Origin: Candidatus Eiseniibacteriota bacterium
Lineage (GTDB): Bacteria > Eisenbacteria > RBG-16-71-46 > CAIMUX01 > VGJL01
NCBI GenBank assembly: GCA_963792585.1
Contig: CAWBWI010000001.1
Span: 1,056,001 to 1,120,000 of the forward strand
DNA length: 64,000 nt
Reading direction: 5' to 3'
Shown here piece after piece: positions 49,449-57,715 of this stretch. The notes below the pieces were generated by a model that was not told the DNA's origin, ran no database searches, and was given only the letters and a program-made list of their open reading frames with translations. The first letter of the stretch is position 1; each line of letters begins with the position of its first letter. The translations under genes were made by a program, and so were the position numbers.

Positions 49449-51784
49449 CGGGCAAGCACCAACCCCACCCCCCCCAGGGCGAGAAGAAGGAATCCGCCGA
49501 TCCGATTCAGCATACGGCCGGTCTTGTAGCCCTTGGAGGCGAAGCGCATCTCGATCGTGTGCGCCCCGGCCGGCACGACGAGGCCCCGCAGGCAGTGGTT
49601 CGCCTGGAGAATGGGCGTCGCGCTCCCGTCGATCGTCGCGCTCCAACCCGCCGGATAGAAGATCTCGCTCACGATCAGCAGTCCCGGCCCCTCGCCGTCG
49701 GAAACGCGGAGTTTGAGAAGGTGCGGCGTTTCGGACTCGATCCGGACATCGCGCAGCGGCAGACCCGAGGAAGGCAGCTGCGGCGCGTGACCGCGCGCGA
49801 AGAAGGCGGTCGCGGCGGGATCGAAGTCCCGCCCGCCGAGGGCCTGGATGACCGCCGCCTCGTTCGCGGTCTCGCGCCACGAGGGAACGAACCAGGCGCG
49901 CGGCATCGCGTCCCGGTATTCGTAGACCCCCTCCGCCACGGGGGTGAAGGCCGGCATCCCCGGATTCTGGTCTGAAACCAGATAGCGGACGTTCAGCATC
50001 GCGAGCACCGGCGGGTTCATCATCAGCTGCTGGTCCAGCAGGTCCTGATAGACGCGCAGCTTCGCGGGCTGATAGCCGCCGACGGTCGCGACCTTGAACG
50101 CCACGAACTTGTTCGAGGAGAAGTCCTCGAGGGGCAGCACTCGGAACGGGCCCGATTGCCGGCGGAGGAAATCGATCTGCGGCGTCGCACGCTGGACCGA
50201 CTCGACCTCGGACTTCGGCACGAAGTCGACGAACTTCGCCCCAACGATCCAGATGTCTGCGACGAGGATCAGGCCGAGTAGGGCAGCGCCGGCGGGCTGC
50301 CGGAGGCGGCGCGAGAAGGGAACGGCGGTGAGGAACGCACCCAGGAGGAACAGGCCCAGGGCAACGGAGCCGCTGCGGAGCGACCAGCGGGCGGCGCGCA
50401 GGGCGTCCATCTGATCCGACGAGATGCGTCCTGCTTCCTGGGGACGGATGAAGCCGGAGTCGGGGGCTCCGCCGGCCCTCGAGATCGCGAAGACCGCGGC
50501 GGCGATCACGATGGCGGTGGCGCCCGCGATGAACCAGGTCCGGCCGGAGTCGGCGCGTCCCTTGCGGGGGACCCCGATCGGCTCGCCGAGCGCGTCCAGT
50601 CCGCCGGCCACGAGGAACCCGATCGTGAGCGGCAGAAGCGAATAGATCATGGACGGAACGCGGAACTTGTTGAAGTAGGGCATCAGCTTGTAGAGGGGGC
50701 CGTAGAGAATCGGCAGGTGGTCCCCGAACCCGATCAGGAGCAGGACGAAGGAGATCGCAACCCAGATCCACCCGAAGGTCGAGCGCCGGCGGAGGGATCC
50801 GAGGAGGGCGACCGTGAGAGCGATGATGCCGAAGTAGTGGGTGCTCTGCGTGAAGGGGACGAAGCCGAAATAGGTCGAACCCCGGAAGCCGAAGAAGCCG
50901 GGGAAGATCAGGCTCATCAGTTCTCTCGGACTGAACGACCACGCGGTCGCGTACTGCCAGCTCGCCCCGCCCCCCTCCGCCGCGCCGCGGATGGAGTAGG
51001 GGGCATACTCGCGCACCGCGAGCGTCGGCTCGGCGATCAAGAAGAAGGCGATGACCGCGGCGCCGGCGAACCATGCGGCCGTCACGGCGAGCCGCCTGGC
51101 CGGCCAACCGGCCCGGTCGGTGAGGATTCTGCCGAAGACGTAGAGGGCGCCGATCAACCCCGCGTAGAAGAGGATCTGGGGGTGGTTCGACCAGCCGAGC
51201 ATGGCCAGGGCCAGCGCGAAGGCTGCGGCGGTGAGCGGGCGCGCCCGATCGAGGAGCAGATCGAGGGTCCAGAGGACGAGCGGGACATGCATCAATGCCC
51301 GGATCTTGGTCGCGTGGCCCGCTTCGACGCATCCCGGCAGATAGGGCGTGAGGACGAAACAGAGCGCCGCGGCCGCGCATGCGGGCGGACTGAAGCCGTG
51401 ACGGCGGAAGAAGGCGAAGGCGGAGAAGCCTCCGAGCAACAGGAATAGAAAGTAGCGAATCCCGCGCGCATCGGCGAATGGTCGCAGGAACCAGTCGAGC
51501 GGCGAGAGCGGGCTCGAGGGCGTGTAGACGTAGCTGCCGTACGAGGGCATTCCCGAGAAGAGGTACGGAATCCACAGAGGGGTCGTCCCCATCTCGCGCG
51601 CCGCCTCGCGCGCCCACGCGCCGAGGGGACGGACGGCCATCGTGTCGGGTGCCGCCGGTTCCTTCCCTCCCAGGATCATCGCCCCATAGAAGATCAGGGG
51701 GAGCAGAACCAACGCCGCGAGCGCGTACCAGAGCCCCCGTCTGCCACCCAGCCCCTGCGCCATAGGATCGCTCTTCGCCGCCAT
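49424..51784 (-). CDS. YfhO-family multi-pass membrane protein (GT-C-like)
   Basis: PLWIPYLFSGMP, HPQ, FNKFRVP, GGYQPAKL, SEIFYPAGW..ANHCLRG. Confidence 0.85.
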   Translation of the reverse strand: MAAKSDPMAQGLGGRRGLWYALAALVLLPLIFYGAMILGGKEPAAPDTMAVRPLGAWAREAAREMGTTPLWIPYLFSGMPSYGSYVYTPSSPLSPLDWFLRPFADARGIRYFLFLLLGGFSAFAFFRRHGFSPPACAAAALCFVLTPYLPGCVEAGHATKIRALMHVPLVLWTLDLLLDRARPLTAAAFALALAMLGWSNHPQILFYAGLIGALYVFGRILTDRAGWPARRLAVTAAWFAGAAVIAFFLIAEPTLAVREYAPYSIRGAAEGGGASWQYATAWSFSPRELMSLIFPGFFGFRGSTYFGFVPFTQSTHYFGIIALTVALLGSLRRRSTFGWIWVAISFVLLLIGFGDHLPILYGPLYKLMPYFNKFRVPSMIYSLLPLTIGFLVAGGLDALGEPIGVPRKGRADSGRTWFIAGATAIVIAAAVFAISRAGGAPDSGFIRPQEAGRISSDQMDALRAARWSLRSGSVALGLFLLGAFLTAVPFSRRLRQPAGAALLGLILVADIWIVGAKFVDFVPKSEVESVQRATPQIDFLRRQSGPFRVLPLEDFSSNKFVAFKVATVGGYQPAKLRVYQDLLDQQLMMNPPVLAMLNVRYLVSDQNPGMPAFTPVAEGVYEYRDAMPRAWFVPSWRETANEAAVIQALGGRDFDPAATAFFARGHAPQLPSSGLPLRDVRIESETPHLLKLRVSDGEGPGLLIVSEIFYPAGWSATIDGSATPILQANHCLRGLVVPAGAHTIEMRFASKGYKTGRMLNRIGGFLLLALGGVGLVLARQERARVR

Positions 51785-51879
51785 CGACACCCTCCCTGCG
51801 TTGACCGTCCGTCCGTCCGCGGATAGAATCCGCGCGAGTTCACATGCGGCCCTATCGGCCGCGGGCAGGAGATCCCCTC

Positions 51880-52680
51880 ATGCACTCGAGCCCCGGCGAC
51901 ACGGTCGCGCTATTCGATGAAGCGGCCTCGTGGGAATCCTACGAGGCGAACCCCTATATCGAACAGAGAAGCCGCATCGTCCGGTCGATGATCCCCGACG
52001 GCGTGCACACGATCACCGACGTCGGCTGCGGAAACGGGATCCTCCTGCGATCGCTCTCCGAAGCCCACCCGGTCGTCGGGATCGATCCAAGCCTTACAGC
52101 GCTGCGGACCTTCCAACTCCCCCGCGCCTGCGGCCGAGGTGAGGCGCTCCCATTGCGTACAGCTTCGGTCGATCTTGTGACCTGCCTCGAGGTGCTCGAA
52201 CACCTCCCTGACGCCGACCTTCGAGCATGTGCGGACGAAATCGCCCGCGTCACCCGCCGATGGCTCCTCGTTGCCACGCCCGACCAGGAGAACCCCCGCC
52301 GAAACGCCCTTTGCTGTCCGCAGTGCGGAACGATCTTCAATCGAAGCCACCACCTGCAGAGCTTCGACGCGCGCCGCCTCTCCTCGCTCTTCCCCGACTT
52401 CCAGATTCGCGAGGAGCGCCGGGAAGGCCAGCCCGTACGCGACTATTCTCGCCCGCTCCTCTGGGTGCGCCACCGGATCGCCCGGAAATTCTACAAGGGC
52501 CCGGGCGAGACCCATGGGCTTTGTCCCGCATGCGGCAACCAGGAGTTTCCGGTGTTTCGGCCGAGCATCCTCTCCGTCCTTCTCGACGGCGCGAATCGGC
52601 TCCTCAACCGCCGCAGACCCTACTGGGTCCTGCTGCTCCTCGAGAAGCGGTCCGGCGGCAGCATAGGCGGCGGTCTGTGA
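51880..52680 (+). CDS. Class I SAM-dependent methyltransferase with CxxC motifs
   Basis: DVGCGNG, LEVLEHL; CPQC and CPAC. Confidence 0.85.
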   Translation: MHSSPGDTVALFDEAASWESYEANPYIEQRSRIVRSMIPDGVHTITDVGCGNGILLRSLSEAHPVVGIDPSLTALRTFQLPRACGRGEALPLRTASVDLVTCLEVLEHLPDADLRACADEIARVTRRWLLVATPDQENPRRNALCCPQCGTIFNRSHHLQSFDARRLSSLFPDFQIREERREGQPVRDYSRPLLWVRHRIARKFYKGPGETHGLCPACGNQEFPVFRPSILSVLLDGANRLLNRRRPYWVLLLLEKRSGGSIGGGL

Positions 52681-54050
52681 CCGGTCAAACGATGGCTGGC
52701 GGGCACCCTGGACCGGCGGAGCGGACCGTACTGCTCGTCACCTACTACTTCCCCCCCGCCGGCGGTCCCGGAGTGCAACGGATGCTCAAGTTCGCGAAGT
52801 ACCTCCCCGAATTCGGGTGGAGGCCGGCGGTCCTCACGGTCCGCGAGGACGCGGAGTACCCGGTGCGGGATCCATCCCTCTTTGCCGACGTGGCGGAGGG
52901 AATGCCGATCGAGAGGACGCGGGTCACCGAGTTCTATCGCATCTATCGCGGCGCCGCCCGGACCTCGACGCCGCTGGACGGTACTCCGCAGGGCTCTCGC
53001 GACGGGGTCGCCACGCGACTTCTTCGAGCAATCCGGGCCGGGGTCTTCATCCCGGACGGCCGCGTGGGCTGGATCCCCCACGCGCTCGGGCCCGGCCGAC
53101 GCTTCGCGCGGGCCACGGGGGCCCGGGTAATCCTCAGTTCGGGCCCCCCGTTCAGCGCGAATCTGATCGGAGGACTGCTCCACCGGCGGACCGGACTGCC
53201 GTGGGTACAGGATTTCCGCGACCCGTGGACCCGCGCTCCGTTCTATCCGCACCGCCCCGCTCCAGCGCGCAGGCTCGACGAGAAGCTGGAACGATGGACT
53301 CTGCGTCACGCCGCCCGGACCCTCGCGGTCAACCGGAGCATGATCGAGGATTTCCTCGCCCGCTATCCGGAGGTTCCCCGTGAGCGGATGGTCACGCTGC
53401 CGAACGGCTTCGACGAGGCGGACTTCGCGGGAGTCGAGCGGACCGTCCCGCGAAAGCTGACGTTCGTCCACACCGGAACCATGTACCTCGCGCGCGATCC
53501 GCGGGGACTGAGGGAAGCGCTCTCCGACCTCTGCAGAGAAGAGGAGGACTTTGCGGACGGAGTGGACCTGGTGCTCGCGGGGCGCGTCGACCCGGAGTTG
53601 GTGGACCTGTTCCGCATTTCCCCGCTGGATCGGATCGTCCGCTTCGTGGGGTACGTCGGACACGGCGAGAGTCTGCGTTTGCTCCGCAGCGCCGACTATT
53701 GCCTCCTCTTCATCGGCGAGGAGCCCGAGGTTCGCGGCATGTTGACCGGCAAGATCTTCGAATACCTCGGGTCCGGGACCCCGATCCTGGCCGTCGCCCC
53801 GAGCGATGGAGAGGCGGCGGCCGTGATCCGCGAGTGCTCCGCGGGCGCGGTGATCGCGCCGATGGATTTTGCGGGCGTGAAGGAATGGCTGCGGGGCGCA
53901 TGGAGACGGTACCGCGCCGGCGAGCGGACGGGACCCTCCCCGGACGCCGCCAAGGTCGCGGAGTACGGCCGCCGACGTCTCACCGGGCGGCTGGCCGGTC
54001 TCCTCGATGAGGTCACCGCAGGCATACCGTCGAATCCCCGCTCCTGCTAA
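52677..54050 (+). CDS. Glycosyltransferase family 4
   Basis: TYYFPPAGGPGVQRMLKFAKYL, DFRDPW, PNGFD, GKIFEYL. Confidence 0.9.
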   Translation: MTGQTMAGGHPGPAERTVLLVTYYFPPAGGPGVQRMLKFAKYLPEFGWRPAVLTVREDAEYPVRDPSLFADVAEGMPIERTRVTEFYRIYRGAARTSTPLDGTPQGSRDGVATRLLRAIRAGVFIPDGRVGWIPHALGPGRRFARATGARVILSSGPPFSANLIGGLLHRRTGLPWVQDFRDPWTRAPFYPHRPAPARRLDEKLERWTLRHAARTLAVNRSMIEDFLARYPEVPRERMVTLPNGFDEADFAGVERTVPRKLTFVHTGTMYLARDPRGLREALSDLCREEEDFADGVDLVLAGRVDPELVDLFRISPLDRIVRFVGYVGHGESLRLLRSADYCLLFIGEEPEVRGMLTGKIFEYLGSGTPILAVAPSDGEAAAVIRECSAGAVIAPMDFAGVKEWLRGAWRRYRAGERTGPSPDAAKVAEYGRRRLTGRLAGLLDEVTAGIPSNPRSC

Positions 54051-54088
54051 GATCGCGCAGGAGGGGAAGGAAGGGAGGGGTGGCTTCC

Positions 54089-55168
54089 ATGGAACTTGCC
54101 GGAATTGCACTCATCGGCTGCGGGAAGATCGCGCGCAAGCATGCCAAGGTCATGCCGGGACTCCCGGCGACGCAGTTGGTCTACGCGTGCGACAGCTCCC
54201 TCTCGAGGGCCCAAGAGATCGCGGCGCTGGCCCCCGGGTGCGTCGCCACGACCGACCTCGAGGAGGTCCTCGCCAACCCGGCGGTCACGATCGTCTCGGT
54301 CTGCACGCCAAGCGGTACGCACGCCGCCCTCGGCTTGCGCGCGGCGCGGGCGGGCAAGCACGTGATCATCGAGAAGCCCCTCGCGTTGCGGATCGATGAG
54401 GCCGACCGGCTGATCGAGACGTGCGATCGCCGGGGCGTCAAGCTCTTCGTCGTCCAGCAGAACCGCTACAACAAGCCGGTGCAGGCGTTGCGGCGGGCGC
54501 TCGAGGCCGACCGCCTCGGCCACGTCTTCCTCGGCTCGGTCCGAGTCCTCTGGAACCGGTCGCAGGACTACTACAATGAGGAGCTCTGGCGCGGCACCTG
54601 GTCCCAGGACGGAGGGGTTCTCACCAACCAGGCCAGCCATCATATCGACCTGCTGATCTGGATGCTGGGCGAGGTCGAGTCGGTCTTCGCGCGCGGACGG
54701 ACCGTGATGCACCAGATCGAGACCGAGGACCTTGGAGTCGTCCTGATCAAGTTCCGCAACGGCGCATTCGGGGTCGTCGAGGCGACGACCTGCGCGCAGC
54801 CGAAGGACCTGGAAGGCTCGCTGAATCTCTACGGCGAGAGCGGGACAGTCGAGATCGGCGGCTTCGCGGCCAGCGAGTTGAAGCGCTGGACATTCCGCGA
54901 ACCGGCGCCCGAGGATGCGACGATCTTCGAGGAATGGGGCAAGAATCCTGAGGAATTCGGTTACAACCACAAGGCATTCTATCTCGATGCCCTCGACGCG
55001 CTGCGGTCGAGCCGCCGAGCCCTGATCGACGGCTTCGAGGGGCGCAAGAGCCTCGAGGTGATCAATGCGATCTACGAATCGATAGAGACGGGCCAGGAGG
55101 TATTCCTGCGCTTCGAGCCGAAACGCTGCAAGCTCGGCGCGCCGGATGGGCGCCGGCATCAAGGATAG
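54089..55168 (+). CDS. Gfo/Idh/MocA oxidoreductase (WbpB/WlbA-like NDP-sugar dehydrogenase)
   Basis: IGCGKI, CTPSGTH, IEKP, QNRYN, WRGTW..DGGVLTNQASH. Confidence 0.88.
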   Translation: MELAGIALIGCGKIARKHAKVMPGLPATQLVYACDSSLSRAQEIAALAPGCVATTDLEEVLANPAVTIVSVCTPSGTHAALGLRAARAGKHVIIEKPLALRIDEADRLIETCDRRGVKLFVVQQNRYNKPVQALRRALEADRLGHVFLGSVRVLWNRSQDYYNEELWRGTWSQDGGVLTNQASHHIDLLIWMLGEVESVFARGRTVMHQIETEDLGVVLIKFRNGAFGVVEATTCAQPKDLEGSLNLYGESGTVEIGGFAASELKRWTFREPAPEDATIFEEWGKNPEEFGYNHKAFYLDALDALRSSRRALIDGFEGRKSLEVINAIYESIETGQEVFLRFEPKRCKLGAPDGRRHQG

Positions 55169-55200
55169 GGTTGGGGACGGGCGGGGGTAAGGAGAACGGC

Positions 55201-56322
55201 ATGGCCACGCAGACGAAGATCCCTCTGGTAGACCTGAAAGCGCAATACGCATCGATCAAGTCGGAGATCGACGAGGCGGTCCACCGCGTCATCGAGACGA
55301 CCGGGTTCATCGGTGGTCCGGAAGTTCGTGGCTTCGAGGAGGAGTTCGCACGCTTCTGCGGCGCGGGATTCGCGGTTGGCGTCTCATCGGGCACGAGCGC
55401 GCTCCACATGGCCCTGATCGGCGCGGGCGTGGGACCGGGCGACGAAGTCGTGACCGTCGCGCACACGTTCATCGCAACCGCCGAGATGATCATCCGCTGC
55501 GGCGCCCGGGTCGGCTTCTGCGACATCGACCCATCGACGGGCAACATGTCCCCCGTCGATCTCGAACGGAAGGTGACCAAGAAGACGAAGGCGATCCTGC
55601 CGGTCCACCTTTACGGATGCCCCGCCGAGATGGACTCGATCCTGGAGGTCGGCCGTGCGCACGGGATTCCCGTGATCGAGGACGCCGCGCAGGCGCACGG
55701 TTCGAAGTACAAGGGACGGACGGCCGGCAGCATCGCCCCGCTCGGCTGTTTCAGCTTCTATCCCGGCAAGAATCTAGGCGCCTACGGTGACGGCGGCGCA
55801 GTGACGTGCGCCTCCAAAGAGATCGCGGAGAAGTTGACGAGTCTCATCAATCACGGCCGGCGCGACAAGTACGTCCACGACGAGGAGGGATACAACTACC
55901 GTCTCGACGCCCTGCAGGCGGCGATCCTGCGCGTGAAGCTGCGCCACCTTGCCGACTGGAACGCGGCGCGGCGGCGGGCGGCGGCGTGGTACGACAGCCG
56001 TCTGGGCACCGTGGACGGGATCGAGATCTATCGTTACCCCGCCGACATCGCGCCGGTCTATCACCTCTACGTGATCCGCCTGGAGAAGGACCGGGACGGC
56101 GTCCTCGCGCGACTGCGCGAAAGGGGTGTCGATGCGGGGGTCCATTACCCCGTGCCGCTTCACCTGCAACCGGCCTATCGGCACCTTGGGATCGCACCCG
56201 GCACTCTCCCCGAGACGGAGAAGTCGGCCGCGCGTTGCCTCTCGCTTCCCCTCTACCCGGAGCTCACCGAGGAGCAGGTAGAGACTGTCGTGGGGCAGCT
56301 CAAGGAGGCGTTGAAGAGCTGA
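55201..56322 (+). CDS. DegT/DnrJ/EryC1/StrS aminotransferase
   Basis: IPLVDLKAQY, EDAAQAHG, FSFYPGKNLGAYGDGG, LSLPLYP. Confidence 0.92.
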   Translation: MATQTKIPLVDLKAQYASIKSEIDEAVHRVIETTGFIGGPEVRGFEEEFARFCGAGFAVGVSSGTSALHMALIGAGVGPGDEVVTVAHTFIATAEMIIRCGARVGFCDIDPSTGNMSPVDLERKVTKKTKAILPVHLYGCPAEMDSILEVGRAHGIPVIEDAAQAHGSKYKGRTAGSIAPLGCFSFYPGKNLGAYGDGGAVTCASKEIAEKLTSLINHGRRDKYVHDEEGYNYRLDALQAAILRVKLRHLADWNAARRRAAAWYDSRLGTVDGIEIYRYPADIAPVYHLYVIRLEKDRDGVLARLRERGVDAGVHYPVPLHLQPAYRHLGIAPGTLPETEKSAARCLSLPLYPELTEEQVETVVGQLKEALKS

Positions 56323-56642
56323 GCGGGAAACTGATCAGCGAGCCGATTCGACCGATCGCGGGAAGTTTCGACCCGGAGGCAATGAGCCGAGGGGAACCGG
56401 GGCTTCCCGCGGGGTTTGTCTGGCGGGATCGGGAGTGCCGCATCATCCGCGTCGTGCGGCGGTGGAAGCAACTGGGACCGGAGGCCGGCAGCAAGGAAGT
56501 GTACCTCCGGCGCCACTACGCGGAGACGGTCATGGACGACGGGACGACCTGGGTCATCTACTGCCTCAGGCAACCCCACGGGCCGGGAGGAACCGGAGGG
56601 CGGTGGTTCCTCTATTCGGTGGAAACCGGCCCCAATCCATAG
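56319..56642 (+). CDS. Small DUF6504-like protein, possible CTG start
   Basis: ISEPI..MSRGEPGLP..FVWR..YLRRHY..W.LY pattern; AAGGAGG upstream. Confidence 0.6.
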   Translation: MSGKLISEPIRPIAGSFDPEAMSRGEPGLPAGFVWRDRECRIIRVVRRWKQLGPEAGSKEVYLRRHYAETVMDDGTTWVIYCLRQPHGPGGTGGRWFLYSVETGPNP

Positions 56643-56681
56643 GATTGCGGCCGGGGTGACGGCCGGCCCGCGAGCCCGACC

Positions 56682-57391
56682 TCACTTGCCCCGAAGACTC
56701 CAGAGGTGGCCGAGCGTCTTCTCGAGCGTGGCCCCCAGCGGCGCCGGGTCGTGGGTCACCTCCGGCTCGTTCGGGAAGATCGAGTACGGCACCGCCACAC
56801 CCTTGGCCGTGATGTGGGTTGGACTCTGCGCGGCGAGCTTCTCCCAGTCGTTCGTCTTGTAGTAGAACTCCATCTTCGCATCGGGAAGCGAGTGGTAGAG
56901 GATCGAGTGGGCGAGCTCGGGCTTGAAACGGCGTCGGTTTTCCGGACCGACTCCTCGTAGCTGACCTTGATGTAGACTAGCCCCGCCTTGCGCAGGATCT
57001 CCTCCGAAAGGTAGCTCATCGCCTCCCCGATCCCGTTCTCTCCCCCGCGCGCGAACTCGATGACCGCCGTGTGGCTCCTCAGCCAATCCGGATTCTCGGC
57101 GAGGCGCTTGGCGAAGGCGAGGTTGATCCGCTCGATGTACAGGTTCCAGACAAAGGGGTCGGTGAAGTAGTAGTCAGGGTCGGTCCAGAGACGCTTGCGC
57201 CCGTGCCGCTCCAGGATGTCGTCGACCTCGAAGGTCTCCCAGACGTAGGGGAAGTCGTCGAACTCCTCGAACTCGCCTATGTGGAAACGGCGCGCCCGTT
57301 CCTCTGCGGGGCACTTCTTCAGGTAGTCGATGACCTCGGATTTCCCCGCCGCAGGGCGGCCGGTCAGGATGATGACGTCAAACGTCTCCAT
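56682..57391 (-). CDS. Uncharacterised P-loop protein, indel near 56940
   Basis: ILTGRPAAGKS Walker A, IEFARGG; the C-terminus continues in a second frame (RRFKPELAHSILYHSL). Confidence 0.75.
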
Positions 57392-57589
57392 GCATTCCCT
57401 CCCCTCGCGTTGCTATGCACAACCGCCTGGGAAGGTAGGACGGGCGCGCCCTGGCTGTCAACCGAGGCGGCCCGGTCACACGGGGCCGCAAGCGCCGTTT
57501 GTCACGGCGCCACCGCAGTACTTGCGGACAGCCCAGATGGTTCGCGCTGCGCGCGCGGGTCCGATGGATCCCGGGGATCGTGCGCCGCC

Positions 57590-57715
57590 TACGGTTCGAA
57601 CGGCCCCTATCGATCGAACGGTCCCCAATGGATCGAACGCCCCGACGGATCGAGCAGTCCTTGCGGGTCGAACGGCCCCTGCGGATCGAGCGGCCCTTAC
57701 GGCTCAAACGGCCCC
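57590..57715. repeat. 18-bp tandem repeat, 7 clear units
   Basis: Consensus about TRCGGNTCGAACGGCCCC; the last unit overlaps the HNH stop; about 3 decayed units back to 57536. Confidence 0.85.

Noticed and set aside
47742..51617. 1291-aa ORF and other long overlapping ORFs (11843..13957, 29475..31877)
   Set aside because: Arg/Pro-rich shadow frames of real genes, typical of high-GC DNA.
57590..57715. CRISPR array
   Set aside because: Units abut directly with no unique spacers, are only 18 bp, and no cas genes are present.
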